A stretch of 26,514 bases of DNA from Octopus sinensis (GCF_006345805.1 NW_021836035.1:1-26514), one strand, 5' to 3'. Numbered from the stretch's first letter, positions 1 to 11,768 are shown. Notes: a model not told the origin generated them from the sequence alone. A program made the numbers and translations.

Positions 1-40
<40 letters not shown>

Positions 41-238
41 AATAATAAAATAATAATAATATAATAATAATAATAATAATAATAATTGTTATTATTGAAG
101 CAGCCACTACAATAACTGTAACAAGAAGAACAACGGTAGCAACAATTGCAAACAATAGCGATAAGGACAGGTGCAATAATATCAATAACAGCAACAACAA
201 CAACAACTACTACTACTACTACTACTACTACTACCACT
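1..238. repeat. Compound trinucleotide microsatellite (GAT)n-(AAT)n ... (CAA)n-(CTA)n
   Basis: Directly visible tandem triplets. Confidence 0.95.
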
Positions 239-537
239 CTTGTAGTTTCTATCAGATACCACTTACAATGTATTGGTCATCTCTAAGCAATTGTGAAGGA
301 AATTAGCCTTTTGGTGCCGCACAATAGAATCGAACTCTAAGCCGTGAGGTTGCTAATTGAACTGGATATAATTGCTGTTACTATAGTTAAAAATTTCGTT
401 CAGCAGATCTTATGAGAGTTAACTCCCTTATTCATTGTTTGTATTTTTTTTTCTAAATATTTTTTCTAAACACCACAAATGGATATTTCTTTAGTATTCC
501 CCCCATTCGTGACCCTATGGCTAATAACACGAACCAT

Positions 538-924
538 TCTTTTACTCTTTTACTTGTTTCAGTCATTTGACTGTGGACATGCTGGAGCACCAGCACCTTT
601 AGTCGAACAGATCGACCCCAGGACTTATTCTTTGTAAGCGTAGTACTTATTCTATCGGTCGTTTTTGCCAAACCGCTAAGTTACGGGGACGTAAACACAC
701 CAGCCTCGGTTGTCAGGCGATGTGGGATGGGGGGGGGGGCAAATACAGGCACAGACACATATACACACACATACATACATATATATATATATACATATAT
801 ACGACAGGCTTCTTTCAGTTTCCGTCTACCAAATCCACTCAGAAGGCTTTGGTCGGCCCGAGGCTATAGCTGAACCCGGAACCATGTGGTTGGTAAGCAA
901 GCTAATTACCACACAACCACTCCT
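538..924 (-). mobile_element. tRNA-derived SINE with internal (CA)/(TA) tract and (GTAAAAGA)n tail
   Basis: Minus strand begins AGGAGTGGTTGTGTGGTAATTAG..CCGGGTTCAG (A/B-box-like) and ends CCAGCATGTCCACAGTCAAATGACTGAAACAAGTAAAAGAGTAAAAGA. Possible 6 bp TSD ACCATT (532-537/925-930). The same head motif recurs at ~18711-18745 and the same tail at 11713, 19464 and 26448. Confidence 0.8.
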
Positions 925-994
925 ACCATTGTTAATAATCCTTTCTACTAGAGGCACAAGACCTAAAATATACGAAGCCTAATATTAATCCTCA

Positions 995-1232
995 TGACTA
1001 CCCGTCTGATAAAAGTACACCAAACACATGCATCACAACCATATGTGCGCGACATGGTGATCTCATATCAAGATAAACAGCACATGACCTTGCAGGTGGG
1101 GCCCAGTTAGAGATTCCTACAGGTCGAGTAGCCTATCCTGCTCAAAGAGTCCGGGTTGCATGACGATGATGAACGAAGCACCCATCTTAAAACCCCGAAG
1201 AATTCCTCTCAACACGTGGCTATGATACTTCC
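995..1232. mobile_element. Fragment of an interspersed repeat (class unresolved)
   Basis: GC-richer island between microsatellites that resembles an abundant octopus repeat from memory; no second copy in the window to confirm. Confidence 0.4.
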
Positions 1233-1239
1233 CCCATAT

Positions 1240-1582
1240 TATATATTATTATTAATAATAATAATGATGATGATTGATGAGGATGATGATATATTAATAA
1301 TGACGATGATGATGATGATGATGATGATAATTAATAATAATAATAATAATATAATAATAATAATAATATAATGATAATAATAATAATACTACTAAGAATA
1401 ATAATATAAAATAATAATAATGATAATGATAATTATGATGATGATGATGATAATAATAATAATAATGATGATAACAATAATAATAATAATGATGATAATA
1501 CTAATAATAGGTAGAAGAAGAAGAAGAAAAGAAGAAGAAGAAGAAGAAGAAGAAGAAGAAGAAGAAGAAGAAGAAGAGAAGA
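1240..1582. repeat. Degenerate (AAT)/(GAT) tract followed by (GAA)n
   Basis: Directly visible; explains ORFs 1156..1371 and 1392..1595. Confidence 0.95.
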
Positions 1583-1821
1583 AAAATGATTTCATTTAGT
1601 TGCTACAAGAACGAAGGATGGGGAGGACAATGCGAAGACAGACATAAATTGTGGTGGGATTTACATATAATGGAATGATAAGAATAACGTTGAGTATGCA
1701 CGGTGTACACTGAAAAAGAAGTGACATTTAAATAGTATACAAAGGTTTAAAAAAAAGGAGAAGATGATAGAGATGTGGTTCTCCTAGTACAGGAGGACCT
1801 CTAGGGATAATCGAGGAACCC

Positions 1822-2046
1822 CACTCTCCAAGCAGTCCAGATCTTATACTATGTGATTTTTACATGTGGGGTTAGATAAAAGAGGAGGTGTACAAGACAA
1901 ACCCTCGCACACTGGAGGACTTGGAGACACGGATTCAGGAGGTCCTCCATAATATCCCAGGCCACGTCCTTCAGGAGTTTGCTCATTCCATCTCCGGTCG
2001 TTTGAGGAAACGTATTAACGCCGTCGGTACTTACATTATAATATGA
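1822..2046 (+). pseudogene. Tc1/mariner-superfamily transposase C-terminal remnant (DDD type, maT/rosa-like motif)
   Basis: Translates HSPSSPDLILCDFYMWG*IKEEVYKTNPRTLEDLETRIQEVLHNIPGHVLQEFAHSISGRLRKRINAVGTYIII*. Matches the SPDLxPxDFxLWGxxKxxVY motif; in-frame TAG at 1873-1875. The second catalytic Asp is absent, so the spacing class cannot be fixed. Confidence 0.85.
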
Positions 2047-2097
2047 AGATTTTATTTTCATTTTCTCATGTAACAAAGAATATGTATCATGTATTTC

Positions 2098-2428
2098 GTG
2101 AGGGCGCGTGGCTTAGTGGTTAGGGCATTCGGCTCATGATCGTAAGGTTGTGAGTTCGATTCCCGGCGACGCGTTGTGTCCTTGAGCAAGACACTTTATT
2201 TCACGTTGCTTCAGTCCACTCAGCTGGCAAAAATGAGTTGTACCTGTATTTCAAAGGGTCAGCCTTGTCACTCTCTGTGTCACGCTGATTATCCCCGAGA
2301 ACTACGTTAAAGGTACATGTGTCTGTGGAATGCTCAGCCATTTGCACGTTAATTTCACGAGCAAGCTGTTCCTTTGATCGTATCAGCTGGGACCCTCGTC
2401 GTCGTAACCGGCGGAGTCTTTAAAAAAA
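2098..2428 (+). mobile_element. tRNA-derived SINE (head/core type A + tail type Y) with 12 bp TSD
   Basis: A-box TGGCTTAGTGG, B-box GAGTTCGATTCC, core GTGTCCTTGAGCAAGACACTT. TSD ATCATGTATTTC at 2086-2097 and 2429-2440. Confidence 0.93.
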
Positions 2429-2489
2429 ATCATGTATTTCAATGAATTTGTAAAAAGGAATATGGATTTTATTACCAATGTTTAATCCC

Positions 2490-3135
2490 TGAACACCAAG
2501 AGCAAGTACCATCTGCAATTCCTTCTCTCCGACTCACAAGTCTACACTTAGAGAGGTACCATCCATTCTTGCCATTTTCGCAACTTTCACCCACCTTTCA
2601 ATAAACTCACTCGAGGAAAGCACTTCCCTCTCCGCTCTCAATTTCATTTTCAAGTGAAACTTGAAGAAGTCAATGAGAGCTCTTCCAAAGAGGAATGTAT
2701 CTGTCCTCATGCCTTTCAGCCTTGTCCACCAAACAAACACTTTCGCCACATCAACCAGGCAAAGGAAAACTGCCTTGTCTGCCCGATTGAAGGAGGGCGG
2801 CGGGGCAATCATCATTACAGACTTGGCCGATAGACGGATCCATCTCACATGTAACAACAGCTGTTCGACATAACCCCACAAGTCAGGTCAGCAATGCTCG
2901 GACACTGAACGAGTGCGTGCAGAACGGTTCCATCTCTCGGCGCGCACCTCGGACAAGTCCGTCTGACAACACATTCCTGCCTGTAGAGTTTATCTCGAAC
3001 TGGTGGCGCCCTCCACCCGGAACACTGCTAATCCAACGACATCTGGAAATTATCCATGATAGTTCCTGACCGGAAAGTCCACCCGAACAGACTAACCAGT
3101 TCATTTTCGTTGGCGTTTAGAGGCTCCTCGAGAAC
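2490..3135 (-). pseudogene. Non-LTR retrotransposon (L1/Tx1-like) ORF2 C-terminal fragment with CCHC zinc finger
   Basis: Minus strand reads MDNFQ..VRDKLYRQECVVRRTCPRCAPRDGTVLHALVQCPSIADL (C-x2-C-x8-H-x4-C at 2955-2902). A 5 nt tandem duplication (CTGAC) then shifts frame into LWGYVEQLL...ERWVKVAKMARMDGTSLSVDL* (ORF 2534..2881). One in-frame stop upstream. Confidence 0.85.
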
Positions 3136-3409
3136 GTCTGATAATAATAATAATAATAACGCCTATTATAAAATTGTAACTTAAAAACTGATGATATCGT
3201 TCCATCAACGTGTGGACGCTGGTTGCTCTCGTTCATACTTTGCGTTTGAATTTCTGTAATTTTGAATTTTTGCCACTTCTTATTTTGAACTTGACAAAGA
3301 CAGACTTACTGTTGATATATCGTTCAACCAATAAAATATCTTACAATCGAATCGCGCTCTTCGTCTTGACTGTTTACCTTTGTGAAGAGTTACGTCAATC
3401 CTTTTTAAA

Positions 3410-3410
<1 letters not shown>

Positions 3411-3463
<53 letters not shown>

Positions 3464-3467
3464 TAAC

Positions 3468-3505
<38 letters not shown>

Positions 3506-3521
3506 TAACAATAATAATAAT
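3411..3521. repeat. (AAT)n microsatellite with AAC variants
   Basis: Directly visible. Confidence 0.97.
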
Positions 3522-3598
3522 ATGATCTTCTCAATGCATGTGACGTAACTGTTGAAGCAATTTTTTGCACTTCTTGCAAGAATGGTTGTCAGGGATAA

Positions 3599-3981
3599 TC
3601 TCTCTCTATATAAACGGCAGTTTGTCTGTGTGTGTTTCTGTGTGTCTGTTTGCTTGTACCCTCACCCTGACCACGGCTTTCAACCGATTCTGATGAAACT
3701 TGACACACACATAGCCCAATGTCATAATTCAAAACTAACGCAGCGAAAAATTTTGAAAAGTTCCCCCAGTTCTGAAAAAAATCGATAAATTCGACATGGG
3801 GTCGAGAATCATAAACCCAAACCACAGACCGTCTAGGGGACGCAACTCCACCTTTTTAACTCTCAAAAAAATTTACCATCATTTTTTTTCCATTTTTTGC
3901 TATTTTTTGGCTATAACTCTCTAAAAATGCTTTATAGTTATTTCCCTTACAAACCTGAGCAACGCCGGGCGATACTGCTAG
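3599..3981 (+). mobile_element. Non-autonomous Helitron, copy 1
   Basis: 5' A|TC(TCTCTCTATATAAAC), 3' GC-rich hairpin CCTGAGCAACGCCGGG 12 nt before the end of terminal CTAG|T, no TSD. Second highly similar copy with different flanks at 10641-11011. Confidence 0.9.
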
Positions 3982-4344
3982 TTCTCAAATAAATTTCAGT
4001 TCCTCTTTTGATCATTCTTAGTGCTCCTACAGTCACTGGTAATTATGAGTTTAAGATGCATGCACATGTAGGAAGGCTGTGTTGGTACCTTAATACGCTG
4101 TTAGATGTGAGTTAATATTGTTACATATTATTTGCGTGCATCTCTCTCTCTCTGTATATATATATATATTATATATATATATAGGTGAGAAAGTTGGTGT
4201 GTGAAAGCACGTGGTTGGATATATAGAAAATAGAAAAGAGTGAAAAAACTACAGAAGGCTTGTTTTATAAGATTAAAAAATATATTTAAGTCGTTATGTT
4301 AGTAGAATGTTATAAAATTTTGCATATAGTAACATAGTTTTGGA

Positions 4345-4370
4345 GATACACACATATATATATAATATAT

Positions 4371-4406
<36 letters not shown>

Positions 4407-4443
4407 CATACATATATATATAATATATATATATATATATGTG

Positions 4444-4505
<62 letters not shown>

Positions 4506-4655
4506 ATACATACATATATATATATATATATTATATATATATGTGTATGTATATATATATATATAATATATATATATTATATATATATATTATATATATA
4601 ATATATATATTATATATATATATATACACACACTATTATATATATATATATATAT

Positions 4656-4701
<46 letters not shown>

Positions 4702-4750
4702 GTATATGAATATATGTATATATATACATACATGCACACACACACACATA
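4345..4750. repeat. Long interrupted (TA)n tract (shorter counterpart at ~7490-7790)
   Basis: Directly visible. Confidence 0.95.
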
Positions 4751-5047
4751 TGCTATAACTCTGAGAATATAGAGTAACTTAATACAGCTACAAGCTTCTT
4801 TGCAAAATGACTAATTAGTCTATAACAGCCACTGCAACAATACTAGTAGAACTTGCACTAAAATCCATAAACACCCGAGGATGGTCTGCCTGACACATCA
4901 TTACTAATGTCCTACGGTGCAATTTGAACGCCATTTATATTAATAAATCCATCGAGATCTTTCCCTTCGCTCCCCTTTTCGCCGCCTCCTTAAGTTCTTT
5001 GCCTTTGTGCATTTCCCTCTTCGTCATCGTTATAATAATATTGTTGG

Positions 5048-5255
5048 TTTCAAGTTTTAGTACAGTTTCGGGTGTGGGACAGGGATAAGTCGATGACATC
5101 GACCTCAGTGCTTAACTGGTACTTATTTTGTTGATATTGAAAGGATAAAAGACGAAGTCGACCTCGGCGGAATTTGAACTCAGAACGTAATGACGGATGA
5201 ATTACCTTTAAGCATTTTGTTCGGACTCTTACCGATTCTGCCAGTTCGCCGCCGT
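5048..5255 (-). mobile_element. Short tRNA-derived SINE (type C)
   Basis: Minus strand GGCGGCGAACTGGCAGAATCGG..GAGTTCAAATTCCGCCGAGGTCGAC (A/B boxes); homologous to the adjacent copy at 5278-5487. Confidence 0.85.
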
Positions 5256-5277
5256 AATTATAATAATAATAACCCAT

Positions 5278-5487
5278 TCTACTTTAGGTACAAGGCCAGA
5301 AATTTTGGGGGAGGGGATGGTCGATTACATCGACACCAGTACACAACTGGTGCGTATTTTTATCGATCCTGAAAGGATGAGAGGCTAAGTCGACCTCGAC
5401 GGATTTTGGACTCAAAACGTAAAGACGAACGAAATGTTGCCAGGCATCTTGTCTGACGTGCTAACGATTCTGCCAGCTTGCCGCCTT
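5278..5487 (-). mobile_element. Short tRNA-derived SINE (type C), second diverged copy in tandem
   Basis: Minus strand AAGGCGGCAAGCTGGCAGAATCGTTAGCAC..GAGTCCAAAATCC; aligns with 5048-5255. Confidence 0.85.
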
Positions 5488-5489
5488 AA

Positions 5490-5530
5490 TATATTTAATA
5501 ATGATAATAATAATAATAATAATAATAATG

Positions 5531-5564
<34 letters not shown>

Positions 5565-5770
5565 GTAGTAGTAGTAGTAGTAGTAGTAGTAGATTCATTA
5601 TTTATCTTCATTGTCGTTCGTGTCGCCATCATCCTCGTCAGCTTAGGCATCATCATCAACGTCATCGTCATCATCATCGTTGTCATCATCATCATCCTCA
5701 TCCTCCTCCTCATCATCATCATTATCATCATCATCATCAGCGCCGTCGTAGTCGTCGTCGTTGTCACCAT
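5490..5770. repeat. Compound triplet tract (ATA)n-(GTA)n-(TCA/TCG/TCC)n (counterpart 8520-8805)
   Basis: Directly visible; source of the poly-His/Met/Thr ORFs. Confidence 0.95.
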
Positions 5771-7590
5771 TATTCGAAACGTTAACTGGTGTTAACAACT
5801 TCGTTAATAATTACGTGTGCCGACTACCTTTTATAGCCAAAGCTATACGTAAAATCTTTAACAAATTCCATCGCAAAGCTATACGAAATCTTTAACAAAT
5901 AAGCTTACTAACTTCTCAGAAGTTACGTACCATAAGTAAAAACGGAAGATTGGAGCTTTCTGTTACGTATATCTGTGAGACATGAAAATTTTTAAATTAA
6001 GTTATGTATTTAGTAAATACAAAACGAATATCGCTACACTGAAATTTGGATGGAATCCAAAGTACAAGCCAGTGAACAGGCATATTACTTCTCACAACAC
6101 TTTAGTTCTGTGGGGAAATGGGTTTCCAGAATTTCAATAGAAATTTGCCTAAGTGAAGACACCTCTCAAAAGTATCTGCTCTTACGCTAAATAGTTTGAT
6201 AAGCTTTTACTATTGTTTAATACGGGATTCTTCTCCGCTGTGCATAACTGACATCGCCTTGTACATTCGATGCCTTATCTGCTTCTGCCTTGGATTTTCC
6301 ATTTTATTTGTCCTCTTTCAGGAGTTATATATAGACATACAAAACTGTGGCTTTCTTCTTCCAATTGTGTGCCAGAATGAAGCTGTTTGGTTACTACATC
6401 GTTGCTTGGACTCGCTTTCTATCATTCCCACTTAACGTACGTTATCGAACATTCCGTACTAGTACCGTGATATTGCAACCTTTGTTTATAAACGAACATA
6501 TGTCAATGTCTTTACCTCCTGCTTTTGTTGGTTTTTCTACTTTGCATGTAATAATGTTATTCATATCTGGAGTACCACAATGACAACAAGTCAACGTTTT
6601 TCTTTTCTTAGAGAGCGTGAAGACTATGTGTGTGTATATGTCACAGTGGACGTGTTTTTCTGTTGATTGACGCGCCATGACATTCATTATATGTGTGTGT
6701 ATTCTGTATGTATGTTGACGTCACAGAAGTTGTTTTTTTCGTCAAGAAATAACAACCAAAAATCGTGTTTAATCATAGCGACGTTGAATTTATTTGCTGG
6801 ATGAGATTTTTTTCTACCCACCAAAGAGTAGGTCCTTCCCAGGCGTGAACTTAGCTGTCACCTATATTATTATATTTTCATAGCTCCGAGCCCTACTGTA
6901 CAGAGAATAAAAATTAATAATGTAATGTTGGTTTGTTATTTATTGCATTCCTTTTGTTCCACTCCTTCACTTTGGATGCTTTCCAAAAATACTTGTTAAT
7001 TTTACTGAGAAATATTTATATTTTATTACATCTGTTTTGGTTGCGTTTACATCTGCACGATGGAAGTGTGAAGTCTTTTTTATGGACCTATACTGCGAGA
7101 CATGCCTCTCGCTTAGCTAGGCATCCTAATTTATAATCTCGTTTTATTTTCTGGGCAATATTATGTGGCTGTGTGTGTATATGGTTTTCTATAGCTTTTA
7201 GAAATGTTATTAAATAACTGTTTGTGTTTGGTATAATCTACTTCATATATGTTATTTGTTTTAAGAGAAAACATAAAAGTATTAGTTGTAGTCTCAAATT
7301 TCTTGATATCGGTTTAAAGTTTCTTCTGAAATATGTTGGTGTACTTACGGAAGTGAAAATAAATGGATCAACGTCGAAGGTCTGCTTCAAACATTGCCGA
7401 GTTTTATAAATTAAAAAATATATTAAGTCGTTATGTTAGAAGAATGTTATAAATTTTGCATATAGTAACATAGTTTTTGGAGATACACACATATATATAT
7501 AATATATATATATATCTATATATATATAGTATATATATATATTATATATATATATACATACTATATATATAAATATATATTATATATGTG

Positions 7591-7669
<79 letters not shown>

Positions 7670-8084
7670 ATAGCTATATTAATATATATATATATATAAT
7701 ATATATAATATAATATTATATATCTATATATAATGTATATGAATATATGTATATATATACATACATGCACACACACACACACACATATGCTATAACTCTG
7801 AGAATATAGAGTAACTTAATACAGCTACAAGCTTCTTTTCAAAATGACTAATTAGTCTATAACAGCCACTGCAACAATACTAGTAGAACTTGCACTAAAA
7901 TCCATAAACACCCGAGGATGGTCTGCCTGACACATCATTACTAATGACCTACAGTGCAATTTGAACGCCATTTATATTAATAAATCCATCGAGATCTTTC
8001 CCTTCGCTCCCCTTTTCGCCGCCTCCTTAAGTTCTTTGTCTTTGTACATTCCCCTCCTCGTCATCGTAATAATAATATTATTGG

Positions 8085-8291
8085 TTTCAAGTTTTGGTAC
8101 AGTTTCGGGTGTGGGACAGGGATAAGTCGATGACATCGACCTCAGTGCTTAACTGGTACTTATTTTGTTGATATTGAAAGGATAAAAGACGAAGTCGACC
8201 TCGGCGGAATTTGAACTCAGAACGTAATGACGGATGAATTACCTTTAAGCATTTTGTTCGGACTCTTACCGATTCTGCCAGTTCGCCGCCG
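8085..8291 (-). mobile_element. Type C SINE (duplicate of 5048-5255)
   Basis: Near identical to 5048-5255. Confidence 0.85.
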
Positions 8292-8313
8292 TAATTTATA
8301 ATATAATAACCCA

Positions 8314-8518
8314 TCTACTTTAGGTACAAGGCCAGAAATTTGGGGGAGGGGATGGTCGATTACATCGACACCAGTACACACTGGTGCGTATTTTTATCGA
8401 TCCTGAAGGATGAGAGGCTAAGTCGACTCGACGGATTTTGACTCAAAACGTAAAGACGAACGAAATGTTGCCAGGCATCTTGTCTGACGTGCTAACGATT
8501 CTGCCAGCTTGCCGCCTT
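8314..8518 (-). mobile_element. Type C SINE (duplicate of 5278-5487)
   Basis: Near identical to 5278-5487, with several single-base deletions. Confidence 0.85.
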
Positions 8519-8559
8519 AATATATTTAATAATGATAATAATAATAATAATAATAATAA

Positions 8560-8622
<63 letters not shown>

Positions 8623-10640
8623 ATTCATTATTTATCTTCATTGTCGTTCGTGTCGCCATCATCCTCGTCACCTTAGGCATCATCATCACCCTCATCATCA
8701 ACGTCATCGTCATCATCATCGTTGTCATCATCATCATCCTCCTCATCATCATCATCATTATCATCATCATCATCAGCGTCGTCGTAGTCGTCGTCGTTGT
8801 CACCATTATTCGAAACGTTAACTGGTGTTAACAACTTCGTTAATAATTACGTGTGCCGACTACCTTTTATATAGCCAAAGCTATACGTAAAATCTTTAAC
8901 AAATTCCATCGCAAAGCTATACGTAAAATCTTTAACAAATAAGCTTACTAACTTCTCAGAAGTTACGTACCATAAAGTAAAAACGGAAGATGGGAGCTTT
9001 CTGTTACGTATATCTGTGAGACATGAAAATTTTTTGATTAAGTTATGTATTTAGTAAATACAAAACGAATATCGCTACACTGAAATTTGGATGGAATCCA
9101 AAGTACAAGCCAGTGAACAGGCATATTACTTCTCACAACACTTTAGTTCTGTGGGGAAATGGGTTTCCAGAATTTCAATAGAAATTTGCCTAAGTGAAGA
9201 CACCTCTCAAAAGTATCTGCTCTTACACTAAATAGTTTGATAAGCTTTTACTATTGTTTAATACGGGATTCTTCTCCGCTGTGCATAACTGACATCGCCT
9301 TGTACATTCAATGCCTTATCTGCTTCTGCCTTGGATTTTCCATTTTATTTGTCCTCTTTCAGGAGTTATATATAGACATACAAAACTGTGGCTTTCTTCT
9401 TCCAATTGTGTGCCAGAATGAAGCTGTTTGGTTACTACATCGTTGCTTGGACTCGCTTTCTAACATTCCCACTTAACGTACGTTATCGAACATTCCGTAC
9501 TAGTACCGTGATATTGCAACCTTGTTTTATAACGAACATATGTCAATGTCTTACCTCCTGCTTTTGTTGGTTTTTCTACTTTGCATGTAATAATGTTATT
9601 CATATCTGGAGTACCACAATGACAACAAGTCAACGTTTTTCTTTTCTTAGAGAGCGTGAAGACTGAGTGTGTATATGTCACAGTGGAGGTGTTTTTCTGT
9701 TGATTGACGCGCCATGACATTCATTATATGTGTGTGTATTCTGTATGTATGTTGACGTCACAGAAGTTGTTTTTTTCGTCAAGAAATAACAACCAAAAAT
9801 CGTGTTTAATCATAGCGACGTTGAATTTATTTGCTGGATGAGATTTTTTTCTACCCACCAAAGAGTAGGTCCTTCCCAGGCGTGAACTTAGCTGTCACCT
9901 ATTTATTAATTTTCATAGCTCCGAGCCCTACTGTACAGAGAATAAAAATTAATAATGTAATGTTGGTTTGTTATTTATTGCATTCCTTTTGTTCCACTCC
10001 TTCACTTTGGATGCTTTCCAAAAATACTTGTTAATTTTACTGAGAAATATTTATATTTTATTACCTCTGTTTTGGTTGCGTTTACATCTGCACCCAAGAC
10101 TGGCGATGGAAGTGTGAAGTCTTTTTTATGGACCTATACTGCGAGACATGCCTCTCGCTTAGCTAGGCATCCTAATTTATAATCTCGTTTTATTTTCTGG
10201 GCAATATTATGTGGCTGTGTGTGTATATGGTTTTCTATAGCTTTTAGAAATGTTATTAAATAACTGTTTGTGTTTGGTATAATCTACTTCATATATGTTA
10301 TTTGTTTTAAGAGAAAACATAAAAGTATTAGTTGTAGTCTCAAATTTCTTGATATCGGTTTAAAGTTTCTTCTGAAATATGTTGGTGTACTTACGGAAGT
10401 GAAAATAAATGGATCAACGTCGAAGGTCTGCTTCAAACATTGCCGAGTCCCAATTTTATGTGTAAAATGGTCCTCGTCTCGTTCTGGTATTTTAGTATTC
10501 TACGCTTATTGTAGTGATACCAGATTGGAAGTAACAGATTTTTCATCTCATTCGCTTGACAAATTGCTCCACTTTCTCTTATAGTTCTCTAGACAAATAT
10601 TTATTCAGAATATGTTTTTAAAAGCATAATCCATGTAGAA

Positions 10641-11011
10641 TCTCTCTATATATAAACGGCAGTTTGTCTGTGTGTGTTTCTGTGTGTCTGTTAGGTTGTA
10701 CCCTCACCCTGACCACGGCTTTCAACCGATTCTGATGAAACTTGACACACACATAGCCCAATGTCATAATTCAAAACTAACGCAGCGAAAATTTTGAAAA
10801 GTTCCCCCAGTTCTGAAAAAAATCGATAAATTCGACATGGGGTCGAGATTCAGAAACACAAACCACAGACTGTCTAGGGGACGCAACTCGACCTTTTTAA
10901 CTAAAAAAAATTTACCATCATTTTTTTCTCCATTTTTTGGCTATAACTCTCTAAAAATGCTTTATAGTTATTTCCCTTACAAACCCGAGCAACGCCGGGC
11001 GATACTGCTAG
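10641..11011 (+). mobile_element. Non-autonomous Helitron, copy 2
   Basis: A|TCTCTCTATATATAAAC ... CCCGAGCAACGCCGGG-CGATACTG-CTAG|T; intact terminal hairpin, no TSD. Confidence 0.9.
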
Positions 11012-11230
11012 TTATTACATACAGGCGTTATATATAACTCTTGGTCATGAAGTGTGTTTCATCATGCGTAATAATTTATTGCCAATCAACCACTTCAGAG
11101 TTTCCTATAAGTGGTCATTTTATAGATTGTATAGAGGAGAGATACGCTAGAATATGAACGATCGTATTTGATGGTATATTAGGCGCACTTTTTTTTTTTG
11201 TAAAAATAAAAGAAGCCTAAAAACTTCACC

Positions 11231-11572
11231 TGAGATTGCTGAGACTCCCCTTCGGTCATGAGTGACCATGGGATTGCACCTAGAAAGTTACCCTTCGAGG
11301 CACAAGTCCGGGCAAGGTTGTTTATGGAAGACCAGCAGTCACCCATGCATACCGGTCTCTCCTCTCCACGCCACCAGTGTTATTTGCAAAGGCCGATACA
11401 GCTTGGCACCTGTGACGTCACAACTCATTTCTGCAGCTGAGTGAACTGGAGCAAGATGAAATAAAGTGTCTTGCTCAAGAAAACAACACACAACCTGGTC
11501 CAGGAATCAAACTCATTACCTTGTGATTGTAAGCTCGACGCTCTAACCACTGAGCCATGCACCTTCACTAAA
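11231..11572 (-). mobile_element. tRNA-derived SINE (head/core type A + tail type X) with 12 bp TSD
   Basis: Minus strand GTGAAGGTGCATGGCTCAGTGGTTAGAGCG..GAGTTTGATTCC..CTTGAGCAAGACACTTTATTTCA. TSD AAAAACTTCACC at 11219-11230 and 11573-11584. Homologous to 20283-20616. Confidence 0.9.
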
Positions 11573-11619
11573 AAAAACTTCACCACGAGTCCTATAACCG
11601 AAGTTATGCCTATTCTGAT

Positions 11620-11768
11620 TTCAAATTTTGGCACACAAGGCCAGCAATTTCGGGATGGGAGGCAAGACGATTACAACAATCCCTAGTGCTCAGCTGGTAT
11701 ATATTTTATTTACCAGCATGGCCGCAGTCAAATGACTGAAACAAGTAAAAGAGTAAAAGAGTAAAGAG
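11620..11768. mobile_element. Composite remnant: 3' part of a type C SINE (-) joined to a (GTAAAAGA)n-ending tail (+)
   Basis: 11630-11710 aligns with 5290-5360; 11713-11768 is CCAGCATGGCCGCAGTCAAATGACTGAAACAAGTAAAAGAGTAAAAGAGTAAAGA. Confidence 0.7.

Larger units (their letters stand above)
4262..7400 (+). repeat. ~3.1 kb tandem duplication, unit 1
   Basis: Colinear with 7401-10446 throughout: TA tract, two SINEs, triplet tract and ~1.6 kb of unique sequence. Confidence 0.95.
7401..10446 (+). repeat. ~3.1 kb tandem duplication, unit 2
   Basis: Junction ..ACATTGCCGA|GTTTTATAA.. with 2 bp (GT) microhomology; sequence after 10446 continues GTCCCAATT. Confidence 0.95.

Noticed and set aside
2098-2175. 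tRNA-gene-like heads (also 12484, 18298, 20283, 11500-11570)
   Set aside because: A/B boxes are present but continue into repeated SINE bodies with TSDs, and I could not form a proper cloverleaf.
5495-5785. Poly-His/Met/Thr/Asn/Ile ORFs here and at 1156-1595, 3210-3579, 8438-8831, 15333-15998 and 21853-24414
   Set aside because: These are translations of di- and trinucleotide microsatellites.
6716-6723. CRE palindrome TGACGTCA (also 9753-9760 and 11413-11420) as a promoter
   Set aside because: One copy is due to the duplication and one lies within a SINE; a lone 8-mer with no linked gene is not evidence.
10270-10584. 104 aa ORF and a minus-strand GTAAGT donor near 10390
   Set aside because: No recognisable domain; the open minus-strand frames lack a convincing acceptor or hit stops.
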